Positions 36,908 to 48,751 of a DNA stretch of 64,000 bases are shown here, in pieces; within the stretch, counting starts at the first letter, position 1, and every line of letters begins with the position of its first letter. The translations under genes and the position numbers were made by a program. Below the pieces are notes generated by a model that saw only the letters and a program-made list of their open reading frames with translations, ran no database searches and was not told where the DNA came from. The DNA is from Azolla caroliniana (lineage: Eukaryota; Plantae; Polypodiophyta). The stretch is taken from assembly GCA_043228905.1 (NCBI GenBank), contig JBHGNT010000016.1, positions 868,001 to 932,000 on the forward strand, written 5' to 3'.

Positions 36908-39900
36908 AGTGGGTGGTGACTTGTTCACATACTGGAGGAGCTTGCGTTACCTACGCTGTATTGTAGCCATGTTTAATATTTCTCGTGTTTTTGGTGTTGG
37001 AGCAGGGATAAGTAGTTAGTAGAATATCTTACTCTAGATGAGAATAGGTTCAATCCCATTTAACAGTTGGTTTCAGTATTAAATGTTTCATTCTAGGGAT
37101 TCTTGTTACTGCTCGTAACTGTATAAAATTCAGCTCTTGCTGGACAAATGGTTTCAGTTGACATGTTTCATTTCAGGCATAATCTATACATATCTGCATT
37201 TGCAGCCATTATATCTAGCATTGTTTTGAAAAGCTGAAAATGTGTACATGTAGTTGAGTTTCTCGTATATGGTAAATATTCTCTGGAGTAGCCTGAGAAA
37301 ATATTCTCGTATCCTTCCATGAAACCTGTTAGTCATATTTGCAGTGAGAAAAAGTAACTTATATAATGAACTAATCTGTTAATGCATGATTCATGAGCAT
37401 GTCCGAGTGATCGATTTTCATGTTGCATATTTGCTCATCTTTAGTAATTGTGGCAAAGTAGGTGTAGAAGATCATCATTTTGTAGTTTGAGCACTAAGTG
37501 TATAGGACTCAACATGATGCGTTATCAATATACATATAGATGCATTTGTTTCTATGTTAGCGGTGGAAGAACTAAGCTCATCTTACACTATGTGTAGATT
37601 TTCTTCCTTTGGTTGTCTCAACATGCTTCTTTATGTTTGCCTTTCCTTATGATCCCAAATCCATACATTGATAGATATAAGAATTTTTTGTTATTTCCAT
37701 TAAAGTCAAGAGTCACACATTATAATACTATGATTAGGAAGATTCTACAAGAACAAAGACAATGCAATATCATTGATATATGCCATATAATAAAATCTCT
37801 CTCCAATTAACAACTATGTTATTGAGATTTCTATAATGAATAGTCTTTGATATCACATATAGATTTTTAGTGGATGGAATAAGATACATTTGTACCTTGT
37901 AGTGTCAAACCCACTTCCACTTGAGAGAGCAAACAAAATTCAATTGAATTGAACGTTGAGATCTCTTTCCGACCATAAAATAATTTATGATCAATATCAC
38001 AATGTCTCGTGGCTAGATAATGAACCAAGTGTTGGTATACAACTTCATGCCAAAGAAGAAATAATGACACCTCAAATTGGCAAGATATATCAGTCCTTAC
38101 CCCCATTCTACTCGATACTTTAGCCAATGCGAGGGTTGACATCCAATAATATGTCTACTTCTTGGTTGTGTCTTTTATCTATTTCCCTCCCCAAAGTGAA
38201 AGATCAATCTGCTTCATGATATCCATATCATTGATATGCAACATTACGTATCACAAAGACATTGGTCATAGGTACATCACACTAGCCATTGTTACAAATA
38301 TCTAAAGCTAATGTTGGTCACAATGCTACGTAAACTTAAAACGTTGAGAAAATAAGTGTTACAAGTTACAACATATAACTTTAAAAGAAGTCATGGATTT
38401 GCCCATGACTATGGTACTCAAATCTTACTATATGTTTTTGGGGAATTTTTCCTTAGTGATGGGCCAAGTTTCCTATTCATGTAAGACTTCTCGTACGAAA
38501 ATTTCATAAATTGATTGAATCTTGGTAGGAATTTTATATTGTTAGTCTTTTGTATCTTTCTGTCGGAATGCTCACAATTATAGGTTCTAGGTGTTTTGCA
38601 AAAAGACAAAATGGGAATGGCACCGTTGTGAACAATAACAATGACATATAGGGGATACAATTGTCTAAAGTAAGGAGAGATAACTTAAAGCACATGAACA
38701 AAGAAAAAATCGAGAACAACATTGGCGTTGTAAATGTTTAAAAAGTGACATTTTGGTGTAAATATGCTTGTATTATCTACAAAGACTTATTTAGCATATT
38801 TTTAGTTTCTAAGATGAACAATAAAAATGGGATCAAACTCATCAATCCAAAATAAGATATTGTTCTTAAACATTCTTGCTTGTTGACAAATTTGTCCCAC
38901 CTTATTAGGTGAGGGTACACAATGCAAATTCTGCAAATTCGGTAGACAAAGCACATGTATCAAATTAATGTTTGCCATCATGTGTTGCACATCAAGAGGT
39001 AGAGAGGAGATGATGGGGAGAAAAAGCAATGAAAGTTATACACCACATAAAGAAGTGGAGAGGACATAACAAGGACCACACACACATATGAACATATTTT
39101 GCTGGTAATTTGTAGACAATATAAAATAGCACATGGTTTAAGTTATCAATGTCGATTTATAAATATGATAGCAACATGGTGCCACAACACAACCTAGTCA
39201 TCATATAATTTGAATTGGGTCCAACCTACTTCGTGAATTGCTTCTTTAATTATCATTTTCTTAACAAAACATCACCATTACCAAATTCCACTCTTATTTA
39301 GTTATTGGTGGATAGTAAATAGTAGGCTTCTATGCAATGTAAAAGGCCCCAAATATGGAATACACTTGTAAGCCAAATCTTTTTTGTTTTTCACATCTAC
39401 CATCTTGAGTACGGTTCGCTAGGTATCCCATTATTGGATTCCATGATACAATTGTCCGGGGAATAATAGATTGTGATGTATATTGGAAACATTGATGCAC
39501 TTTGTACCTTGTTAGGAAAATGACAAGTCTATACATGGAGAGAGAAAGGGGGAGAAACAATAATGTTTGTTAGAAAACTCTTTCGTCCACCAACTTTGTC
39601 CAATACACGTTCTTATTATCTTCTTGTTGCATTATGGATGAAAATGGGACCACATTATCCAACCACCACTCTTAAAAGGCCTCATATGTTAAGTTAGATA
39701 TTGCTTTGTTGGTTAGTCCAATCACTAAATTTCTGTTTGTGATGCAATGGTATTGGCCTAATAGACCACTTTAATACTACATACCATGCTTCTTAGGGTA
39801 GTACCCTATGCATCACCAAACATATGAAACTCCTTTGATAAATTTGGTGGTTGCTCGATTGTGCCTTCAAAATTTGTAGTCATAAGGTGTTTTCTAATCT

Positions 39901-42900
39901 TAAATACAATCGAATAATTTATTCAGCCGATGCTTTCCCAAGACTAACTTTATGTTTAAATAAATGATCCATATTATAAAGTTCATCCTATTTCAAACAA
40001 GATTTCGTAATAGAGAAGGAAAAACGTTGGCAACCACCACAACCCACCTATTACCTCTTTAACACATTGTTTACATATAGATGGGCACCATATAAAGTAA
40101 GGTGAACACATTTTGTTTTGGTGAGACCCCGCACATATGGATCTTACAAATACCCCTTGAATGCACTATAGCTCAAATAACAATGCTCCTTCAAACAAAG
40201 GCCACCCTATAAATGGTAAGAAGGAAATCATGATTGTATGATACAAAGTTTAAAACCAACACTTGGTTGCGGACAAAGATGCACCATTGCATTCCAATGA
40301 ATGACTTTTGCGTTAAATATTTGCCTACAGTTTGCATACTTTCTTTATTCATAAAATTCAAAGCTCAAGGTCATCATTTTCATTTGTAAGAAGTGAATAA
40401 AATGATATTAAGTATCATAAACATGGCATTCTCATTTTTATTCATGAGGAAGTCTTCAATGATGGATTGTGAAGGGGCTCATCTTGAACTAATTTCATCA
40501 CAAAGGTATGGAGCTCAAGAAGGTGAATCAAGCTAGCAAAGAAGGCAAATAGATGGTCCTTATGAAGAATTGGGGGGGAATTAGAATCGTGGCATTTCTT
40601 CAAAGCCGTGATCAAATATCATATGTGCTCCTATTTCTTGGGACCATATCTCTTCCATTGCGGTTTGGGAGTGGACAACGCTCTAGAGTACATGCTTCAA
40701 GTGAAAAATAAGAACGTTACGTCAACAACATACAATTACATGGGAAGCAAGTAAAAATGCTCAAATTTACACAAAAGCAAAATATTCACTTCACGATGAT
40801 TAGGAAGATGGGATGTTGTACTCTTGATTCTTAAATAGAATCCCCCTATGAATAAGGTCCTTTTTGCTCTACTAATACATTGCAACTTTAAGTGGACCCA
40901 TGATCCTCACACATAACATGTTTTATTACATATTTTGCACCAAATAACATATTACTCATTTACAAAACAATTTTCTTTTACCCATGAATTGGAATTTGGA
41001 AGAAAGAGACGGCTTTGTTTCCTTGGCCCGCATAAGGATCACGCCATGTCCATTTCAAAGGGTTCCAACTGACCTTACGTGGCCCTGTGTTTTCATGCAT
41101 ACACATGTGCCATTATGGTTGTACTTTGATCGGATCGAGATCTACAATCCATTTATGACCAGTATATACGAGAACTCGAATTGCCATATTCAATGTTATT
41201 GTCTCATCGTCGCACAATTTAGAGCCTTCGATCATGTCCGATGTTTCCCTACCTCTTGGGACAAAAGAACCCTCCTCCTCATAGCCTGTCCATTTCTCCA
41301 TTGTCGTCCTTTGATTAGCAGCTTCCCTAATCAATAAAGCGTTAATGATTTCAAATCTCATAGTCAATTGTTACATGGAGTCTTTGTGTTTGCGACCAAT
41401 CACGAGACTCGACGACTATATTTGTTTCCCCCCATTAGTTTATCTTCTCAAATTCACCCTCTATTTCAATGTTCCACATTTTGCCAAAGTGAAGCTCGTG
41501 TTCCCCATTTTTTCAACCCTAAGCTTCATTGATGTTGTTTCTTGTTGATCTCATATATCATATTTGACCTTTGATGACAACAATAAAATCTAAATCTCCT
41601 AACAAGTGATTTTCTTAACTTCCTAAGTGCAATAAACTTGGGCGGGAAGGGTGCGATTTTTTTTAATGTACAGTCGTTATGATTGCAAACTTCAAAAAGT
41701 GTGAAAGGTAAGGCTTACTTGAAGTTGGTATCTAATTGCTTTGTTTATCGTAGAATTGTTTTGGGAAGTTACTTTTAAGCATATCATATGAACTTTCTCT
41801 AAAGTTTTTGAGTTTCATAACATATATCCCGCTCAAGAGTAGTTTACATGGATCCATAGAGCTGGTTTATAGCATCAATGTTACCCGTTTTTATTATCAA
41901 GGATTAGACTAAATGTTCTCATTCAAAGTGCATCATTACAATAATATTATTTCGGGAATTGATGACCTGGAGATATCAATCACTAACCACTACATGATGC
42001 CATTTGACCATGTAATGCTTCGTTTGTGAGGCTTTTCATGTTGAAAAACGTGAAGGTGAAGATTGGTTGATAATGATGTAATATATACTAATCCCTCAAA
42101 TTATAATAAATTGACAACATATTTTAGTGTCATGTGAAAGCAAAAGGTGAATTGGCCTCACCGAGGTCATACCTTTAACTTGTGATTGTGTTTGAATGAA
42201 TTACTTCTATATACATGCCCTTTATAAACTATTTCATTCCATATCTCAACAAGCTAATAAGAGTATAGGCTTTGGGGTGAGGATGGTTAATCGAAGCGAG
42301 AGTTTTCATTGAAGAGTTTTATTTTTTATGTCGATAATAATTCAAAACTTAAGTCACAATGTTATTCTTATCGTATTTATGTTATGAAATGGTAAGGATT
42401 GGTAGAACTTAGAAGCACGGTAGTAGGGGAAGGCACAAGCCTGATGAATGTGTGAGATGGAGAAAATAAAAGAGACATCTTTACTATGATGGAATCTTAG
42501 GTGGCTCAAGGCATTAATTGGACCTAAACAGAAAGGTGTGTGTTACTCAAGATATACTATTTTCAAGAGGTTTTATGAAAAGGTTACACACATTCGTAGA
42601 CATGTCCCGTTTTCGATAAGTATGCATGGAAACCAAGGGAACATTGTACATGACTATGTCAGGATTTAGATTGAAGGTTTTATACACGTTCGAAATATTG
42701 GGAGGGTGATGTGCATTTTGAAGGCGCTTAAAGTTTATGACATATTCCGAAGTCATCTCGATGCATCTTCATCATATAAAGATATTTAATATCTTAAATT
42801 ATTTTTATATCCATACATGTATTTCAACTTCATTAGCAAATAGAGTCTAAATACCACAAGGCCTCTGCCATATTGAAAAAGTATTCGTAAAAAATGTTTT

Positions 42901-45489
42901 AAAAGTTGATGTTCAAACACATTATAATACCCTCCTTCACAAAGCATTCTTTGAACCTTTCCATAAATGCATATGCCAAGGAAAATAAAATTATAACCAC
43001 ATCTAGTAAATACTTCGGTTTAGTTTTAGGGTGGAGAAACATGGAGGAGACCATTGAAACAAGGATTTACTATTAGCTTTTCATCTTATCACAGGAATAA
43101 GTCTCCTTCATCCCTAACACAATGGATACATCAACGCAACTTTCAAGGTAGTAAAGAAAAGGTTGATTTCAATTACATTGTCGATCAAATAAATTTGCAC
43201 GTCATACTACCTTCAAACGAATTATTCACATGCAACTCTATGGACGACCCCTTAATGTGTAGACCATATTTTGAGGACTAGTTGAATGTTGCCACTTTCT
43301 ATCAGATGCATTGTTTCCCCTTCAATTTTGACACCAATGAATGGTGAGTTTCCAAATCTCAGTTGCATGTAAATATATATTTGTTTTTGTATATACCATT
43401 AATTGGTCAGAGACAAAAGGATAAACATACATCCTTTCATTTGAACAAATGAAGAAGATTGTTTACTAAAGACATGAGACATGTATAAGCCTCGAGCTTT
43501 CACATTGTTCATCTCCCCTTTTAGAAACAGGGGACTAAAGTTGAGGAAAAATACATTATTGTTTGTCAATGTCATGAAGATAGTCTTGAGGAGTGAGGAC
43601 TAAAGCTTCAATTCGAAGAGAAGTACAATACATGAATGAGGAAGAGAGCTTGAGCCTTTTGAAAGGTCACATGCACACAAACGCAATGCATCCATGATAT
43701 TTTTACTTGTCCTACATGAACAACATTACTTAGGATTGTGGCCATAATCATGAAATTAACCTTGATATAACCATAGATCTTGTGATTTCTCAACTTACAA
43801 TGGCACTCAATTTGAGTCCCATAAATTGGCAAGAATTGTGGTTTGGTGCATGATTGAACTCATACTACTTCCGGGGGCATCTACACCCCTAGTGGGAGAA
43901 TAAATATAACCAAGTAAGGCCCATGAGTGTAGCTAACCCTTTACATGTCCATGAACCCTAGGATTCATGTACAATTCAACACTTATCTATATCGTGCATT
44001 GGCAAAGAGAGACACATGATCAATATGGTTTAAGAGCTAACTTCTTAGTAGACATGACAGAGGGATTAATTTATACATCCATTTGTTTTCAACCACAATC
44101 ATTATAAGTCAGAGATAATCCACGCAATCAATACATTGTAAGGAAGAGGAGGAGGAAGAAGAAGACAAGGAGGCTTTGCTTGTTCAAGCATATGTCATGC
44201 CGAATTACACACTTTTTATATTGCCTCCTTTTTTGGGGTAGGGATGTGGGCACATGCGCCTCCTCAATTCATGCCTTCACTTTTGATTAATTTCCAAGCA
44301 AAAGAGAAATCATTTGGCACTTGTTTTGTTGTTGTCGGCTAACTTCCTTTGATATATATGGCCTCCATAACTTTTGGAATGATAGCCCCACACCATCATA
44401 TTGGGCTAGATCTATCACTTTAGGAGTGATAACCCCACCTTTAACCACATTCAAGACTGAATGGTTTTGGATTTACTTGTACTTAGATTCTTCTTTCCCC
44501 CTTCTTCATTGTCATACCACGTTGTCGACAACACAATCTCGAGGTAGTCACACACCCACCCACCCAACCACCCACTAATAAGTGTAGCATGGATATGTAA
44601 CATGTTGGCCTCCTCAGGTTGGTCCACTTAATCTTTGCGGCGTATCATATGGAATGCATGTGCTACATACATTTCCCATGTTGCCACATATTCTCTCCTA
44701 TTTGGCCACTAGTATGAATTTGACCTCCAAAAGTATTAATCTAGATTGATACCTCATTAACATTTTTTAACTTGCAAAAAGTTAGAATTCCAAAATGCTT
44801 CACCTACCTATACATTTTTATTTATATATACATGGTGTGCATAAGGTATTCAATAGCAAACCACCTCTTCATCAAGCGTGACACCTCACAAGTTTGGTCT
44901 TATGTCATCATTCGATACAACTAGGCCTTGTTGTTTGAATGATAGAATAAATTTATAGACCTCGGAGTATGCGTTAATATGAAGCAATATGCTAGAATAT
45001 TGAGAACCTAAATGAACTTGTCACGAGGGAGGGGATTGGCACATTGGCAAAGAGATTAATCTTTGATAACAAGCAATGGGTTTTATATCAGTATGGCGTC
45101 AAATTGTAGTACCAAAAACATGGAGCTAAAGTAAATTCACAAAGAACAACTATAGATTAAATGTAAAGTAAAATAGAGTCCAATCTTTGGACTTACATAT
45201 AGTATTGATCCCATGATGCAACTTGGGGGTTGTAGTTCATTGGCCACACGAGTAAAGGAGCCACATATTTCCCTTTTTACTCTTGAACGCAATAACTTTT
45301 TTCTAGTAACAAGTCAGGACGGATGGATGCATGAGGTGGCTCTGAAGCAACATGGCAGAAGTTAAGGATCTTAGAGAAACCACAAAGAAGCATAGATGCC
45401 CACATTGAAGGAGGTAGATGCAAACCAACCTTGGAGAAGGTTGCCTACGTGTGGACTGACCATCCTAGCTTGCCTTGCCCATGCCAAGG

Positions 45490-45626
45490 AGAACACACAC
45501 ACACACACACACACACACAAGGAGCAAGTCGCCTTGGAAGTCTTAGGTATCAGAGTTCCGTTAGAGATGGATGATGTGAAGGGGAGGGTATTAAAAGGGA
45601 GGGGATGGATTTTGTGGAAACCAAGG

Positions 45627-45660
<34 letters not shown>

Positions 45661-45787
45661 TGTATGTATGTATGTATGTACATACATACATACATATAAG
45701 GAAGGAAGGAAGGAAGGAAGGAAGGAAGGAGGAGGACTTTATTATTTTAGTGGGGTGGAGTTAAGTCCACCATTCCCTAGGAGGACG

Positions 45788-45838
<51 letters not shown>

Positions 45839-46499
45839 TGTATGTGTGCTGGTTGTTTTGATTCTGTTTCAGAGTTGCTTCATGATTCTCGGCCTAGGAA
45901 AAAGCACCCACCCCTCCCCTTTCCCCCCGGGGGGGCTCTCTGTCTCTATCTCATTCTTTCTAGTAAGGACTCAGTAGTAGTTGTAGACTGTAGTAGGCTG
46001 TATGTACATACATATATATATGTATGTATTGTATATGCCATATGCTACTACATATGTGTGTGGAGCTAGCTACTGCTAGCTAGTCTTACTTACTTATAGC
46101 TGGGGAGAAAAAGGGGAGGCTTGGTTTGAAAGCAAAGTTGGTTGGAGTCTGGAGAGCTTCCCTTGCTGTTGTTATGTATTTTTTTTTCTCTTACTTTCTT
46201 TTGACCTGTTGAAGCCAAGTAGTAATAAATGAAGAGAAGCAAGCAAAGCAAGTCATGGGTGGGGGTGGGGGTGAGCCGCAAGCTGCTTTTCTTTTTGTAC
46301 ATATGTATGTACACATACATACACACATACATACATATATTCATACACACACATCATCGAGTGGCAGTGGATGGATGGTGGATTGGTTGGTTCTGTTGGA
46401 GACATACAATAAGAGAATGGGAGGACGGCAGAGAGAGAGAGAGATGGGGCCCACCAACACCCATGACCCCATGTAGACTCGCCCTCCTCACTTCTCATT

Positions 46500-46535
<36 letters not shown>

Positions 46536-47260
46536 GATAGATAGATGGACATGCATGCATGCATGCATGTATGTATGTAGTAGTAGTAGTAGTATGTAGT
46601 AGAAAGTCGTGCAAAGTGCAAACCAACAAAGAAAGAGAGACAGAAAGAAACAAGCAAGAAACAAACAGCCCATGTTACTCCTGTTGGGCCCTCTGACGCA
46701 TCATCATCATCATCATCAATATCAATCATCCCCCCCCCTCCTCCTCCTCCTCCCCCAACTTGCCAATTCAAAGCAAAGGCTTCTTAAGAAAGCCACACCC
46801 TCCTCTCTCTGCTTTTTTTTCATACACATACATATGTACATATTGATATATGTCTGTATGTACATACATACATACTGTGTGTGTCTGTCATACACATGTG
46901 CTGTGAGCCTCTCCCCCCCCCCCCCCCCCCTTTTCTCTCTCTATCTCTCTTTTACTTCTTCGCCTGACACAGAGAAGAGGTTAGAGAGAGAGAGAGAGAG
47001 AGAGAGAAGTTGTAGGTGGGGGCGCCCATCAATGCACTCAACGTACAAACACGGCATTACCTTCTTCACACTAATACCCAGCCAGCCAGCCAGTTGCTTA
47101 ATAATAATTTTGTCCCCCCCCCCCCCCTTTCTCCTTCTCTCTCTATCTCTCTCTCTCTGTTTTCTTTCTACTCTGTTCCTCTGCACAGAGTCATAAACAC
47201 ACACATTTACATTACACTGGACCTTTGCGGCTTTCCCTTTTTCGCCTGATGATGATGATG
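45490..47260. repeat. Dense microsatellite field upstream of TRM: (AC)n, (TATG)n, (GGAA)n, (GA)n, (TAG)n, (CAT)n, poly-C
   Basis: Directly visible. The longest (GA)n tracts are at about 45793-45836 and 46983-47007. Confidence 0.9.
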
Positions 47261-47523
47261 ATGATGAAAGTAAGAATGTAGAAATGTACATCCTTCTCTT
47301 TCCCCCTCTAGACCCGTCATTTTTACACGGTTAGAGTAGATTAATTGTACAGAACCCCAAGCTCACCATTACTGGTCCACCTTGCACTATCAGTCAGTAA
47401 AGAGAAAAGAAGAAGAAGAGAATACAGAGACAGACGGAGCAACCAACCATGGCTCCTCTCTGATCAGACCTTCTCTGCCTTTGTATATCAATTTCAGTGC
47501 TTTTATTATCTTTGTCCATAATC

Positions 47524-47743
47524 ATTGCCCATTTGGGGGTTAGAGCTCATCCTTCAGTACTAATCACAGTGTTTTCACCATAGCAGTAGTTTTCTCTCCT
47601 CATCGTTCGTTATCAATCTCTTCTATTGCCAATTTGGGGGTTAGAGCTCCACCCTTCAGCACTAATCACAGTGTTTTCACCATAGCTTTCTGGCTTGCAG
47701 AAAATCAGTAGTTTTATCTCTTCATTGTTATCAATCTCTTCTT
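47524..47743. repeat. ~101-bp tandem duplication in the presumed TRM 5' leader
   Basis: ATTGCC.ATTTGGGGGTTAGAGCTC occurs at 47524 and 47625. The second copy has a ~20-bp insertion. Confidence 0.9.
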
Positions 47744-48275
47744 CTTTTTCATCCTCCTCCTCCTCCTCTTCTTAGGTATAACAATTACCGTATCAATCAA
47801 AACTCTGCTTCACAGGTATTATTTCCCCTCTCTCTCTCTCTCTCTCAAACTGTAACAAAAGAAATCCCCCTTTTGAAACTCCCTAGATATTCCTTCGTAT
47901 TTTGATGAGCTCGCCTTATTAGATGGTACAATGGCCGTATAGCTGCAAGCGCACTAAGCTATGATAGATCGATTTACTTGTATTTTAAAGCGGCATTCTG
48001 TAATAAAAAAGAAGAAGATCATAATGATGAGTTTTGAACCAAAAATAAAAATCACAACAAAACAGTCGTACGCATATAATATACAACAGGAGTTTAGTTC
48101 ATGCGTTGATTTCTCATCCTAAACTACAAGGCCCTGATGAGTGTTCTTTGCTGATTGCAAGTCACTTCTTCTCTCTGAATCTTCTTCCTTCTTCCGCACA
48201 GGTATCTGGGATGAGCTTCTGATGGACCCAGAGAGAGGAAGTGGGAGTGTAACCAAGGCTAGGGGTAGATCCACC

Positions 48276-48420
48276 ATGTCTACGAATAAGCTTCTGCAAT
48301 CTCTGTCAGAAGATCCTCAGCTTGAGAAGCAAATCGGATGCATGGCGGGTATTTTACAGATCTTTGATAGACATCAGGTCTTGACAGGAAGGAGACTTTA
48401 TGGACATAAACGCATTGCAG
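48276..48420 (+). CDS. TRM: LONGIFOLIA/TON1-recruiting motif (TRM) protein, coding exon 1 (alternative in-frame ATG at 48222)
   Basis: MSTNKLLQSLSEDPQLEKQIGCMAGILQIFDRH matches the LNG N-terminus (L.KQIGCM.GIFQ.FDRH). Acceptor CACAG| at 48201; donor GCAG|GTATGT at 48420. Confidence 0.88.
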
Positions 48421-48575
48421 GTATGTAATAAACAAAGCAGCATGAGTTAACGCTTCTAACACAGAAAGAAAATGCATTACCGTCTCATGAAACAAATAGA
48501 AAAGAAGGCAAGCTTTAATTGGGGGAGGGGGCTCAGAAAAAGAATGATCTGTGTTATTTTCTCATCTCAATGCAG

Positions 48576-48637
48576 GTATTCAAAGTGGGCAAGTTTCGCC
48601 TACGAATCAGGGTGGAGATTCCATCCATCAAGAAACA
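48576..48637 (+). CDS. TRM: TRM/LONGIFOLIA coding exon 2
   Basis: TGCAG| acceptor and ACA|GTAAGG donor. The phase is consistent with exon 1 (phase 1 in, phase 0 out). Confidence 0.7.
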
Positions 48638-48751
48638 GTAAGGAAAACTCTCTCTCTCAATTCAACACATATGTCTAACAAGAAAATTTCCATGCTTTCC
48701 ATAGATACTTCCAGTAATCATCCAGTCTTCTCTATTGTTGTATATTTACAG

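Noticed and set aside
37600-45300. Hidden gene in the BPC-TRM interval (e.g. ORFs near 40984-41548)
   Set aside because: AT-rich with short unlinked ORFs and no recognisable motifs or consistent splice pattern; most likely eroded TE DNA.
45371-47291. Many overlapping 60-195-aa ORFs upstream of TRM
   Set aside because: They are translations of microsatellites (YVCM, HTHT, ERER) with no domain signal.
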